From Bdellovibrio sp. (GTDB taxonomy: Bacteria > Bdellovibrionota > Bdellovibrionia > Bdellovibrionales > Bdellovibrionaceae): 64,000 nt of DNA. How positions within the stretch are numbered: position 1 is the stretch's first letter; each line of letters begins with the position of its first letter. A model generated the notes under the pieces. The model was not told where the DNA came from, made no database searches, and was given only the letters and a program-made list of their open reading frames with translations. The translations under genes and the position numbers were made by a program. The DNA lies in contig JAKFBS010000002.1 in assembly GCA_036677065.1 (NCBI GenBank), positions 192,001 through 256,000 on the forward strand, written 5' to 3'. Positions 28,824 through 39,198 of this stretch are shown here, in pieces.

Positions 28824-30536
28824 ATGGCTGTCTGGAAAGATAAAAGTAAAAATATATCTACTTCAGATAGCTCTAAACCATACCCTGAGCTGATAGCAAA
28901 ACTTCTAAACGCTCGGGGCTATGATGATTCGCAAATCGACTCAATTCTTAATCCTAAATTAAGTGTCTTAAAAGATCCGTTTTTATTATTAGGAATGGAT
29001 AAAGCCGTTGAACGCATTAAACAGGCTTATTTAAATAATCAAAAAATCTGTATTTACGCTGACTTCGACCTTGATGGCACAAGTGGTCTTGGTATTTTAA
29101 AACAAGCCCTTGAAAATCTGGGTTTTAAAGATGTCAGCTACTATCAACCTAAGCGTTTAAGCGAAGGTTATGGTTTTCATCCGCATGCTGTTGAAGAGCT
29201 AAAAACCATCGGCATTGATTTAATTATCACAGTCGATGTGGGTATCACTTCGCATAAAGCTTTTGAAAAAGCGAATGAATTAAATATCGATGTGATTTTA
29301 ACAGATCACCATTTACCAAGTGAAACTTTACCCAGTGCTTATTGCGTGATTAACCCCAATCAAAAAGCCTGCACCAGTGGGCTTGGGTATTTATGTGGGG
29401 CGGGTGTTGCGTTTTACCTGGCTCGTGCGCTAAAACGCGCGTTTTCTGAAGATCCACAGCTTCCAAAAAAAGAATGGGATCTCAAAGAACTGTTAGATTT
29501 ATTTTGCATTGGCACTTTAACAGATATGGTGCCGCTGATTGATGATAACCGTGTGCTGGTAAAACATGGCATGGTGGTATTGCAAAATACGCAAAAAGTG
29601 GGTTTGCAAGCGCTCTTAGAGGCCTTAGAATTAACGGGCAGAACTCTGTCGTCGCAAGATGTTTCGATTAAATTTGCACCAAAGCTAAATGCCTTATCGC
29701 GGATGGAATCTGATATTTTGCCGATTCATATTTATTTAGAAAAAAATCTGACCCATGCAAGGTCAATGGTCGATCAGATTTTAAAGAACAATCAAACACG
29801 CCAGTCTTTACAATCAAATGCCGAAGGCAAAGCTTTTGAATTACTTAAAGATTGGAATAAAGAAGATTTTGTCTTTGTGTCTAGTGAAGAATTTCACCGT
29901 GGTATTATTGGTCTAATCGCTACCAAATTATCGCAAGAATTTAATCGTCCTGCTTTTGTAGGTTCGCAAAATTCTGAAGGCATGATCGTCGGAAGCGGGC
30001 GTTTGCCGGCAGGACACGAATCCAGTTTGGTTGATGCACTAGGGTTTGCGCAAACGTCATTAAACCGCTTTGGCGGGCATTCTGCGGCGGCAGGGTTTGA
30101 ATTACCTGCGACAAACAAAGAAAATTTAATCTTAAGCTTAGAAAAATTTTATCATCAGTTAAAACTTGAAAAACGTGAAGTCGAAATTGATTTCGATGTA
30201 ACGGCTCATCTGTCAGATTTAAATTCACACTTTATGAAATGGTATGATCATATCGGACCATACGGAGTCGGGTTTACAACGCCATTGTTTCGTTTTAATA
30301 ATTTAAATTTAAATAAGATTAATGAATTAAAAGGCGGGCATCTAAAAGTACAATTTTGGGACGAGAAAAGCTCTATGGATGCTTTATTATTTTCTCCAAG
30401 CACTACTCAGCGCGAAATCCTTCAAACTGGCAGAATGTATGATATTCTAGGTGAAATTCAGTGGAATTACTTTAGAAATAAACAATCTGTCCAAATCTTG
30501 ATTAAAGATTTGAAGGTATCGGAAAACCAAGCATGA
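28824..30536 (+). CDS. recJ: Single-stranded-DNA-specific exonuclease RecJ
   Basis: DFDLDG, RLSEGYG, TVDVG, TDHH, FGGH..AAG. Confidence 0.93.
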   Translation: MAVWKDKSKNISTSDSSKPYPELIAKLLNARGYDDSQIDSILNPKLSVLKDPFLLLGMDKAVERIKQAYLNNQKICIYADFDLDGTSGLGILKQALENLGFKDVSYYQPKRLSEGYGFHPHAVEELKTIGIDLIITVDVGITSHKAFEKANELNIDVILTDHHLPSETLPSAYCVINPNQKACTSGLGYLCGAGVAFYLARALKRAFSEDPQLPKKEWDLKELLDLFCIGTLTDMVPLIDDNRVLVKHGMVVLQNTQKVGLQALLEALELTGRTLSSQDVSIKFAPKLNALSRMESDILPIHIYLEKNLTHARSMVDQILKNNQTRQSLQSNAEGKAFELLKDWNKEDFVFVSSEEFHRGIIGLIATKLSQEFNRPAFVGSQNSEGMIVGSGRLPAGHESSLVDALGFAQTSLNRFGGHSAAAGFELPATNKENLILSLEKFYHQLKLEKREVEIDFDVTAHLSDLNSHFMKWYDHIGPYGVGFTTPLFRFNNLNLNKINELKGGHLKVQFWDEKSSMDALLFSPSTTQREILQTGRMYDILGEIQWNYFRNKQSVQILIKDLKVSENQA

Positions 30537-31249
30537 TTTTTAAATTTAAGCCAGTGCCCAAGAAAGATCTAAAGTCTGTCGTGTGTTTGTCGGCAGGTTT
30601 AGATTCAACGGTGAATTTGTATGCGGCCCATAAAATGACCGAAGTCGTTCAAACCGTTACTTTTAATTATGGCCAAAAAGCCGCAAAAAAAGAAATCGCT
30701 GCAGCTACAGAAATCTCTAAAAAGTTAAATATTCCTCATACAATTATCGACCTTCCGTGGTTTAAAGACTTAGGGCAGTCGTCACTGACCAGTGATAAAC
30801 AAAATGTTCCCATTGGTGATGAAGTTTCGATTGATAATCATAAAAAATCACAAGTGACGGCCAAGGCTGTCTGGGTGCCAAACCGTAATGGCATATTTTT
30901 AAATATTGCCGCTGGTATTGCTGAAAGTTTAAAAGCTAATTTAATTGTTCCTGGCTTTAACTTAGAAGAGGCCTCTACGTTTCCTGATAACAGTGAAGGT
31001 TTTATGAAAAGTCTGGATTTATCACTGTCATTTTCAACGGCCAATAAAGTCAAAGTTCATTGTTACACGGTCTCATTAACCAAAATTCAGATTGTTAACG
31101 TCGGCATGTCAATGGATGTGCCTTTTGAAATGATCTGGCCATGTTATTTTGCTAAAGATAAATGGTGCGGTGTATGTGAATCTTGTCAGCGCGCCAAGCG
31201 TGCTTTAAGCTTTAACAAGGTGCCTGTTACACATTTATTTGAAAGTTGA
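30533..31249 (+). CDS. queC: 7-cyano-7-deazaguanine synthase
   Basis: SAGLDS, FNYGQ, VPNRN, FPD, C...CGVCESC. Confidence 0.93.
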   Translation: MIFKFKPVPKKDLKSVVCLSAGLDSTVNLYAAHKMTEVVQTVTFNYGQKAAKKEIAAATEISKKLNIPHTIIDLPWFKDLGQSSLTSDKQNVPIGDEVSIDNHKKSQVTAKAVWVPNRNGIFLNIAAGIAESLKANLIVPGFNLEEASTFPDNSEGFMKSLDLSLSFSTANKVKVHCYTVSLTKIQIVNVGMSMDVPFEMIWPCYFAKDKWCGVCESCQRAKRALSFNKVPVTHLFES

Positions 31250-31257
31250 AATTAGTC

Positions 31258-31824
31258 ATGCAAACACTCTTCGTATCGACAGCTAAGAAAAACCTTAAAA
31301 ATTATGATGGTTCACAGTTACGCCCGTTGTTTTCTTATGAAAATTTCGGTTTAAAAGGCAATGCGATGATTTCCTGGATTTCACCAACAGATGTGACATT
31401 GGCTCATATGGTGGATTATGAAGATAAAATCGAAGAATCAAAAATCTGTGGCGATAAGATGTTACATTTTATAATCGAGTTTTTTCCGGCCAATTTATCT
31501 TTTGGCGTGATGGCGCAAAGGTTATTAGCTTCAATCATTAAAGACATGATCAGTTTAAAAGCCCCTAAAGAAAAGTTAAACCGTAAGGGTGATGATATCT
31601 ATGTGGGTCAGGGTAAACTTTCAATTTCTATTGCCAGTGTTTCAGCAGTTTCTACGTTAGTTCACTTTGCTGTGAATATTACCAATAAAGGCACACCTGT
31701 TAAAACTGCGTCTTTAGAAGATTTAAATATTAAGCCAGATGCTTTTGCTAAAGATGTTTTAAAAGCTTTTGCTTCTGAATTTGATGATGTGATTTGGGCG
31801 ACACAAAAGGTGAAGCCGCTATGA
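31258..31824 (+). CDS. DUF366-family protein
   Basis: YDGSQL, MVDYED, MLHFIIE, RKGDDIY, KLSISIA, HFAVNI motifs as I recall them for DUF366. Confidence 0.75.
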   Translation: MQTLFVSTAKKNLKNYDGSQLRPLFSYENFGLKGNAMISWISPTDVTLAHMVDYEDKIEESKICGDKMLHFIIEFFPANLSFGVMAQRLLASIIKDMISLKAPKEKLNRKGDDIYVGQGKLSISIASVSAVSTLVHFAVNITNKGTPVKTASLEDLNIKPDAFAKDVLKAFASEFDDVIWATQKVKPL

Positions 31825-32609
31825 TGGTTAAAAGTTTAATTTTAAGTTTAGTCTTAGTTTTTGCGATTCCAAGTTTTGCCTTCGATCAAAACTATACGCT
31901 CTGGAAGCGTGTCATCGCCAATTATGTCGATTACAGTGTAAGTCCTGCCACTGTTGATTATGTCGGCATAAAAAATAACCGTCTGGATTTTACTGAAAAC
32001 CTGCAAGAGATGGTAAAGGTTACAGAAGAAGAGTATAAAGCTTTTTCGATCGATCAGCGTAAGGCTTTTATTTTAAATCTTTACGGAGCTTTGGCTATCA
32101 AGGCTGTGCTTGATCAAATTGAAGGTAACAAGATACCGAAAACAATTAAAGCCGGCAGCCGGTTTTTGAACGATATTTTTGATAGAAAGTTTTTTAAATT
32201 ATTCGATAAAAAACGCAGTCTGAATTATCTTGAAAAAGACCTGGCCGAAGAATTTGAAAGTGATTTTAAATTTATGGTGGCTTTTGCGTGTGCTGCTAAA
32301 GGCTGCCCGCCGCCAGGTTATTACACGGCTGATAATTTAAATAAAACTTTAAATGATGTGATGAAATCGTTTTTGGGCTGGGATAAAAATGTGACTTACA
32401 CGATAGCTACAAATGAGCTGATCGCCTGTGATTATTTTAAAGAGCGCAAAAGCATCATTAAGCAGTCTAAAGAATATTCAAGCTTAGAAGACTTTTTAAT
32501 TCGTAATGCACCCATTTCTGAATTATTAAAAGACAAAGCATTAAAGAATGAAAACAGTCTTGATTTAGAATTTTCTAAAATGGATTGGTCGCTAAATATT
32601 AAACCCTGA
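31821..32609 (+). CDS. Secreted DUF547-domain protein
   Basis: VDY, KAFILNLY, CAAKGCP motifs; signal peptide. Confidence 0.75.
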   Translation: MMVKSLILSLVLVFAIPSFAFDQNYTLWKRVIANYVDYSVSPATVDYVGIKNNRLDFTENLQEMVKVTEEEYKAFSIDQRKAFILNLYGALAIKAVLDQIEGNKIPKTIKAGSRFLNDIFDRKFFKLFDKKRSLNYLEKDLAEEFESDFKFMVAFACAAKGCPPPGYYTADNLNKTLNDVMKSFLGWDKNVTYTIATNELIACDYFKERKSIIKQSKEYSSLEDFLIRNAPISELLKDKALKNENSLDLEFSKMDWSLNIKP

Positions 32610-32943
32610 AGACAAAATACACAGCGCCAACCATACATAGGCCAGACCACAGGTAATCCAATTTAAACGGGACTTGCATATAGAATGTCGAAAATCCGAT
32701 AAACACTAAGATCGTGATCACTTCTTGCATGATCTTTAATTGCGGTAGGGTGTAATGATTAAAACCTAAACGGTTTGCGGGCACCTGAAAACAATATTCA
32801 AAAAACGCGATTCCCCAACAGGCCAAGATGACAATCCATAAAGGCGAAGAGTTCATGGTCTTTAAATGCCCATACCAAGCCCAAGTCATGAAGACATTTG
32901 AAATCACTAATAAAACTAACGGAAATACAGCATTCGAGGTCAT
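32599..32943 (-). CDS. DMT-superfamily small membrane protein (DUF486)
   Basis: SNVFMTWAWYGHL, FEYCFQVPANRLG, QLKIMQEVIT. Confidence 0.88.
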   Translation of the reverse strand: MTSNAVFPLVLLVISNVFMTWAWYGHLKTMNSSPLWIVILACWGIAFFEYCFQVPANRLGFNHYTLPQLKIMQEVITILVFIGFSTFYMQVPFKLDYLWSGLCMVGAVYFVFRV

Positions 32944-34583
32944 GACAAATCTTCTTTTGCTTCATCAATTTTTTTGCCGGCCCCCTTAATAGTGGCGTAG
33001 GCATGATTACATAAAAGACTGGCGATGCGGCGGTATTCGCTTAATAAATCTAAATGGATCGAACTGGTGTTGATTGAATCTTGCATACCGCGGTTTAAGC
33101 GCGAGATATGGTTTTCTCTGAAGTTTAATTCAATCTTTGCTAATTCACGTTTTAATTGAATCGCACTTTCACACATTGCAGGGCTATCGTAAGCGTTGAT
33201 TCCCATTGAAGCCACTTTAACAACTTGTGCGTGCATTTGTTTGATTTCGTTCCAGCCTTCATTTGAAAAATATAATTTTAAGGCGTGTTTTTTAATGGCT
33301 AAAGTTCTGATATTGATATCAATTGAATCAGCTGCACGTTCAAGATCTGAAATGAACATGATCATATTCATCACGTTTTGATTAACCACTGAGGCATTTG
33401 AATTAGCCTGGTTTAATAAAAACATTTTAGTTTCGCGGTATAAAAAATCAACTTGGTTATCGCGATCTTTAATCGACTGCACTAACACCGGGTCTTCTTC
33501 TTCGAATAAAACCACAGAATCTTTCAACATGCTGATCACGATATCTGCACAACGCATGATTTCACGCTGCGCGTATGAAATCGCTAAAGCCGTGTTATCG
33601 TAATTGTTCATCGCTAGGTATTCAGTGCCAAATTCTTCTTGTAAACCTTTAGGAAACATCTTTTGAATCAGCTGTGAACCTTTAGAAATAAACGGGTAAA
33701 AAAGCATTGCTGATCCAATATTAAAGAAAAAATGTGCATTGGCGATCAGGCGCGAAGATGTCGTTTGAAACTGGCTGACGAATTCAATAAAGTACGTCGT
33801 TAGCGGGTAAAATATTATTACGCTTAGGGCTTTGTAAAAGAAATGCGCCCAAGCCACTTGTTTGCCGATATAGTTGCTGCCGGCAGCCATGTAAAGAGCA
33901 GTTGATGTGGTGCCGATGTTTGCGCCGTAAACCCAGATAATCGCATCATGAGTCGAAATCACACCTGCAGCACATAAGCTCATCGCAAGACCGATGGTGA
34001 TTGCAGAGCTATGCACAAAAGCACAAAAAATCACAGCGGCGAAAAACGAATACGCCGAGTTTTCTTTTAAGCCGGTAAAAAAATCAGCTAAGAATGAAAG
34101 TTGCGCAAAATAATGCGAACTAATCGAAATCATTTTTAAACCTAAAAATAGCATCGCAAAACCCATCACAACTGTGCTTAGGTTTTTTAGAGCAGGCTTT
34201 TTGCTGACGAAAAATCCGCCAAAGCCTAAAATAAATAATGGCAATGCATACTGAGATAAATCAAACGAGATCAATTGCACGGTTAACGTCGAACCAATCG
34301 CTGTGCCGATGATCACGCCCATGACTTGCGGTAATTGAATCACGCGCGCACTGCCAAGGCCCACAAGCATGCTGGTTACAGCGCCCGAACTTTGTAAGAT
34401 CGAAGTTAAACCAACACCCACACCGATTGACAGCAAACTTGATTTAGAAAGTTTGGTCATTAGCAGCGTGATTCTTTGGGCCATTAACTTTTCAAGTGAG
34501 CCAGAAGCCATTGAGCTTCCGTAAAGAAAAAACGCGATACCTGCCAAGAAAATTACAATGTGACTATTTTGAAGATCGATCAT
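32940..34583 (-). CDS. Na+/phosphate cotransporter family protein with PhoU-like C-terminus
   Basis: QSSGA, IIGTAIGST, HSSA, GANIGTT, DLERAAD. Confidence 0.9.
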   Translation of the reverse strand: MIDLQNSHIVIFLAGIAFFLYGSSMASGSLEKLMAQRITLLMTKLSKSSLLSIGVGVGLTSILQSSGAVTSMLVGLGSARVIQLPQVMGVIIGTAIGSTLTVQLISFDLSQYALPLFILGFGGFFVSKKPALKNLSTVVMGFAMLFLGLKMISISSHYFAQLSFLADFFTGLKENSAYSFFAAVIFCAFVHSSAITIGLAMSLCAAGVISTHDAIIWVYGANIGTTSTALYMAAGSNYIGKQVAWAHFFYKALSVIIFYPLTTYFIEFVSQFQTTSSRLIANAHFFFNIGSAMLFYPFISKGSQLIQKMFPKGLQEEFGTEYLAMNNYDNTALAISYAQREIMRCADIVISMLKDSVVLFEEEDPVLVQSIKDRDNQVDFLYRETKMFLLNQANSNASVVNQNVMNMIMFISDLERAADSIDINIRTLAIKKHALKLYFSNEGWNEIKQMHAQVVKVASMGINAYDSPAMCESAIQLKRELAKIELNFRENHISRLNRGMQDSINTSSIHLDLLSEYRRIASLLCNHAYATIKGAGKKIDEAKEDLS

Positions 34584-34614
34584 ACCATTTTATAATACAA
34601 GGATTTATGTCGTA

Positions 34615-35019
34615 ATGGCAAATACAGATGTCTTACAAGTAGTAGCATTAGCGCTTTTTCACCCCGTCAGAAAAAGATACCTGATCGTACGCAGAAACGC
34701 CCAGCAAAATTCAGGAGCAGGGCAGTGGGAGTTTCCGGGCGGAAAAATCGAAGCTAACGAATCACAAACACAGGCTTTGGTACGTGAAACGCTAGAAGAA
34801 CTTGGGTTAACGGTGAATGAGGCTGACTTAAAATTCATTCACAACAATCAATATCAGTACCCACAAAGAATCGTAGAAATTCATCTTTACCGCTATGACA
34901 AAGCTATTGATGATTTCATGTTGGTTGATCACGATTTGCACGCCTGGGTTGACGAGACTGAGATCACGACTTTCGATTTAGCACCGGCAGATATTCCGTT
35001 TATTAAATTTCTATATTAA
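34615..35019 (+). CDS. NUDIX hydrolase (MutT/NudG-like)
   Basis: WEFPGGKIEANESQTQALVRETLEELG. Confidence 0.9.
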   Translation: MANTDVLQVVALALFHPVRKRYLIVRRNAQQNSGAGQWEFPGGKIEANESQTQALVRETLEELGLTVNEADLKFIHNNQYQYPQRIVEIHLYRYDKAIDDFMLVDHDLHAWVDETEITTFDLAPADIPFIKFLY

Positions 35020-35417
35020 TCTAAAAAGTATTTTCGTTCTTGGAGCGTAGGCAGGCGGCACATTTCTGATTTGCCAAAGATGCGGTAGCGGTATTTAGCG
35101 ACCAGCTCGTAAAAAAAATCTGAAATAAAACTCGGCAAAATATGTAACATAATGCTTATCGGTTTATAAATGCCACCGATATCACCAAGCAAATAAGCCA
35201 CAGCTTTCGAGCGGCGATAGATTTTGCCGTCACGAAAATACACCACATAGTCAAGACCAAGGTCTTGCTGTGGCAGCATTTCATGGGCAGTTGATCCTTG
35301 TAATGGAGCAAAATAGATTTCGCCTTCAGAAAATCTTGGCAGGCAGAAATCAACAAGTGAACTGCATAAGTGGCAGACGCCATCGAAAAAAAGGATTCTT
35401 TTCGTATTTTCTTTCAT
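35016..35417 (-). CDS. DCC-family thiol-disulfide oxidoreductase (DUF393)
   Basis: FDGVCHLC, FAPLQ, YRYRIFGK..C. Confidence 0.88.
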   Translation of the reverse strand: MKENTKRILFFDGVCHLCSSLVDFCLPRFSEGEIYFAPLQGSTAHEMLPQQDLGLDYVVYFRDGKIYRRSKAVAYLLGDIGGIYKPISIMLHILPSFISDFFYELVAKYRYRIFGKSEMCRLPTLQERKYFLD

Positions 35418-35446
35418 CGACTTTATGATACACTTTTTTTAAGCAG

Positions 35447-36034
35447 ATGAAATGTTTTGTTTTCCCGCTCACGCACGCAAACTTATTTCCCCTTACCACA
35501 AAGCCATTAAATATCTTTGAGCCGCGTTATTTGCAGATGATCGAAGACTCTTTAGCCACAAAAACCCCAATAGCCTTAGCGTATGTGCCAGAAAACGGTG
35601 ACACGTTTCGTTCAATCGCAGGATTTGGCTTGCCACAGGTCATTGATCAAAGACCGAACGATAACTTGCTAATTTTTTTACCCGGGCAGGGCAAGCTTCG
35701 TATTCTTGTTGAAGATACGGTGACTGATAAGCCATACATCGTTGCAGACTGTGAAATCGTTAATGAAGATTTGTTTTTAGATGAATCTTTACAGTCGAAA
35801 TACAATACGTTGCATACGCTTTTAGTTCAGTGGGTGCAAAAGCATATTCCAGATCAAGAACAGCGTGATATTTTTATTCGCAGTCTTAAAGGGCCGCAAG
35901 AGACTGTGTCTGCGTTTGCTGCGTATTTGATTCGTGATTATGATTTGCAATATGAAATGATGGAGATTTTTAATATCAATGATCAGATTCGTTATTTGCA
36001 TCGTCTTTATGAGTCTAATGAACTTACGATTTGA
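35447..36034 (+). CDS. LON peptidase substrate-binding-domain protein
   Basis: FPL...LFP...PLNIFEPRYLQM. Confidence 0.88.
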   Translation: MKCFVFPLTHANLFPLTTKPLNIFEPRYLQMIEDSLATKTPIALAYVPENGDTFRSIAGFGLPQVIDQRPNDNLLIFLPGQGKLRILVEDTVTDKPYIVADCEIVNEDLFLDESLQSKYNTLHTLLVQWVQKHIPDQEQRDIFIRSLKGPQETVSAFAAYLIRDYDLQYEMMEIFNINDQIRYLHRLYESNELTI

Positions 36035-36043
36035 TAACCAATT

Positions 36044-36697
36044 ATGCTTAAAATAAAACTGCCTTTATTGTCTGTATTCGCCATAGTATTTTTAAATTTC
36101 ATGTTGGATGTATTTGGTGTGTTTTCGTACAATACCCAAACCGTTTTATCTATTATCGTTTTAGGTATTGTACTAGCGTTTGATTTTTTTATGCTTGTAC
36201 TACTTTGGAGAAAACCAGAACGAGGTACCCTTACTGTTGTAACACTGTTTTTAATTGTATTAGGAGTTTTTGCCACAAATAGTTACGCTAATGTCTATGG
36301 TGGTTTGGAAAATTTTAAATTCAATGTTTCTATGAGAGTAGTTATTATTTTTTCGGTAATCATTTACGCTCTTTATTGGAAAAAGGGGGCGTCACAGTTG
36401 CATTGGGCTGGTAAATCTTTTTTCTTACTTTCGATTGTTATAACAATATTATCTTTTTCTAAATTACTAAATATTGTAGCTGACACCAGTGTTGAAATTA
36501 CACAATCTTTCGAAATCTATGAAAAATATTTCAGCAATTTAGAAGGACGATCATTTCATTTTAAAATAGCCTCTAAAGAATTTGGTCACATTATTGTTGA
36601 TGAGTCTACATTTGATAGATTTAAAAAAGGTGATCGGATTCCACTTCGAATTAAGCAAGGTGCATTTGGTGAACCTTGGATTTCTAAAATAGACTGA
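36044..36697 (+). CDS. Hypothetical multi-pass membrane protein
   Basis: About 5 hydrophobic segments and a C-terminal K.G..G.PW motif. Confidence 0.65.
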   Translation: MLKIKLPLLSVFAIVFLNFMLDVFGVFSYNTQTVLSIIVLGIVLAFDFFMLVLLWRKPERGTLTVVTLFLIVLGVFATNSYANVYGGLENFKFNVSMRVVIIFSVIIYALYWKKGASQLHWAGKSFFLLSIVITILSFSKLLNIVADTSVEITQSFEIYEKYFSNLEGRSFHFKIASKEFGHIIVDESTFDRFKKGDRIPLRIKQGAFGEPWISKID

Positions 36698-36726
36698 GTG
36701 GCATTTAGGGCTAACGATTAATAAAC

Positions 36727-37863
36727 TCAACGCGGATACTGGTCGCTCGGTACGATAGTGATAATGCGATCTGGAGTCAGAAACTTCTGTAGCGTAAAGC
36801 GTGGATGTTCAACACCACCAACACTTTGTCCCGGAAGAACACCGATACGCTCCCACTCTGCTTGCGCAGATTCTGGCGCTTCAAATTGAAGAGCATGGCC
36901 ACCAGCGGTGTCAGTCACAAACCAACCGTAATCTCTAAGTGCTGTGAAGATAATTTTAATCGCCCGTTTTTTCTGAATACTAAGGCCAGAGTAAGTTGCG
37001 ATGAAGGCATCGATTTCACTATCAGTGGCTTTTAAAGCAAAGCGCATTCCTTCTGGAATGTTTCCGACTTTGCCTGGGTGTTCCAGTTTTGTTGCAGGTG
37101 CTACATAGTACTGACCAGAGGTTCCGATGATCGGCATTGAAAGAGCATGTTCAATCACGCCTTTTTCGATTTCCCAAGGGCGTACTAACATTGCGAGATA
37201 GTTGATTCCTACACCGCGAGAACCCGAACACTTTGTTGCATTTGTGTCCCAGTTATTTGTTAGGTAATCGCCTGGGCATAAATTTCCATTACCGACCGTG
37301 ATTTGTTTGGTCGCGGTGTCCACGACCATATCCCACAAATTCCATTCTCTTCCAGAAGCTGCATCTAAAATTATTGTTTGAGCATCGGTTCCAGCATTTG
37401 GTAGCCAAGCAGGATTATAAGGAATAGTTTTTCCATTCAAGTTACCCCAGTTGTTTTTATCTTTGATCAGATACATATCAGTGGCTTTTGTCGCATCATA
37501 AACTGGGTAGGTGTATTTTCTAAAATTAAGTTCTGGTAAGTTGCCGTTAAAATCTTCCCATAAAAAATCCGCAAACTTTTTGCTCTCGGGATGCAATGGC
37601 AGATTTTTTACCGGAATATTCCACGGGGCTTTTGCGCCGTAAGGACGAACGCCGGTAAAGGCGCGAACCGGTGCTGAAGCTACTGGAGTCGGCGTGGGCG
37701 TTGGTGTCGGAGTTGGTGGCGTAACGACTGGAGGTGTTGCGGGTGGAGTGGTTGGCGGAGCTGCTGTAGTGGATTCTTGAGAGCGCTTAGCTTCAAGCTT
37801 TTCTTCTCGTGAAGGGCTACAACCAACTAAACATAGAATTGAAAAAAATAATATCAAACGCAT
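36727..37863 (-). CDS. Lipoprotein with Pro/Thr linker and unknown globular domain
   Basis: Lipobox LVGC, PTPTPTP linker, PWN.P, G.IEHAL, P.G.RF, LRDYGW.V.D. Confidence 0.75.
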   Translation of the reverse strand: MRLILFFSILCLVGCSPSREEKLEAKRSQESTTAAPPTTPPATPPVVTPPTPTPTPTPTPVASAPVRAFTGVRPYGAKAPWNIPVKNLPLHPESKKFADFLWEDFNGNLPELNFRKYTYPVYDATKATDMYLIKDKNNWGNLNGKTIPYNPAWLPNAGTDAQTIILDAASGREWNLWDMVVDTATKQITVGNGNLCPGDYLTNNWDTNATKCSGSRGVGINYLAMLVRPWEIEKGVIEHALSMPIIGTSGQYYVAPATKLEHPGKVGNIPEGMRFALKATDSEIDAFIATYSGLSIQKKRAIKIIFTALRDYGWFVTDTAGGHALQFEAPESAQAEWERIGVLPGQSVGGVEHPRFTLQKFLTPDRIITIVPSDQYPR

Positions 37864-38064
37864 ATTTCTATTTTCGGTTGAAACAAGAGCGAACAAAATT
37901 TAAATCTGGATTGATCTCAGTTTGAAACTTAAATTTAAATTATTGCTAGTCACAGTGGATACAGCTTAGTCAGTTGTGTTGATTGTTTTCTCTGGCTAAC
38001 GAATTAATGATCATCACAAGCTGAGAACTTGCCTGCGCATAAAAGGGCATGTTGGAATAGCTGT

Positions 38065-38361
38065 ATGGATTGGCGAACAGATAAAAAAAATCTCTATGCA
38101 ATAACTATAGTGGCTTTAATTGGTATAGGTACTGCAATTTTTGCTTATGAAAGTACAAAAAAATCTTATAGGGCTGAAGGATTTAATGATGGCTCGATAA
38201 TGCAAAGAGAAGGAATTATCGAAAAATTAAACAGCATTAAGAAAATAGAAAATTGTTCTCAATCGTCATCCGAATTGATCGAAGTATTTTCGGTCAAGGC
38301 GACAAGCGTTTATGTGCAAAAAACTAATGATGTCAGTTTTCACTTTTGCCTGATGCGGTAA
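38065..38361 (+). CDS. Small single-TM hypothetical protein
   Basis: Hydrophobic N-terminal helix; start uncertain. Confidence 0.5.
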   Translation: MDWRTDKKNLYAITIVALIGIGTAIFAYESTKKSYRAEGFNDGSIMQREGIIEKLNSIKKIENCSQSSSELIEVFSVKATSVYVQKTNDVSFHFCLMR

Positions 38362-39193
38362 CGTTTTTCCAGTTTAAACTTAAAAACCGCGCCCATAGGA
38401 TATGTGCAATTCCTAAATGAGCAATCTTTAAAGCTACCGGGCTTAAAGTCACTAACGTAATCACCCCGATGAACATCGCAAATAAAATCTCTAAAGCAAA
38501 GCGTGATTGATTTTTCATAAATAACCAAATCATAAATCCAGACATAATCGTAACAGCTAAAAATGGATGTACGATGCGCAGCTTGATAAAGATATGTGAA
38601 TCATGACTGAAATCTTCGATGATGCCTTGAAGTAATGAAATGCTTGGAAAGAGCGTCACTGAAAGCGCAGCAATGGCGCCGCTGACTGAAACCACTAAGA
38701 ACAACAATAACTTCTTAGAAAATTTAAAATTAAATTCAGGGTTGATCGATTTAAACAATAAATAAGTAACCCCAGTTAACATAAAACTATTCAATTGATG
38801 CAGTATCATAAAAAATAAACGTAGATAAGAATCATCAACACTTACTAATTTTAACTTAACTAATAAAGCACCAACCAACGCTTCAGAGATCATTAAACAA
38901 AGTAAAGCCACATTTAAATTTCTAACCAGCTTGCGGCCATGATTACGAAGCTTAAAGAAAATAAAGATAACAATAATTCCATAAACACCAGTCATCAACC
39001 GGTGCGAGTATTCAATAAACGTCTTCTTCTGCGTAAGATCCGGAATAAATTCGCCAGTACACAATGGCCAATGATCACCGCAACCATCGCCAGAATGTGA
39101 AATACGAACCCAGGCTCCCCAGAAAATCACGATCAAAGTGTAAACCCAAAACATGAGTAATAAATTCGAGGTTTTCTTTTCTTGCGCAGTCAT
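38333..39193 (-). CDS. COX15/CtaA-family heme A synthase-like protein
   Basis: SGDGCGDHWPLC, EYSHR and further TM His residues. Confidence 0.85.
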   Translation of the reverse strand: MTAQEKKTSNLLLMFWVYTLIVIFWGAWVRISHSGDGCGDHWPLCTGEFIPDLTQKKTFIEYSHRLMTGVYGIIVIFIFFKLRNHGRKLVRNLNVALLCLMISEALVGALLVKLKLVSVDDSYLRLFFMILHQLNSFMLTGVTYLLFKSINPEFNFKFSKKLLLFLVVSVSGAIAALSVTLFPSISLLQGIIEDFSHDSHIFIKLRIVHPFLAVTIMSGFMIWLFMKNQSRFALEILFAMFIGVITLVTLSPVALKIAHLGIAHILWARFLSLNWKNVTASGKSEN

Positions 39194-39198
39194 AAAGA

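Noticed and set aside
37685..37770. Short tandem-like DNA repeats
   Set aside because: They encode the Pro/Thr linker; not a CRISPR array or independent repeat.
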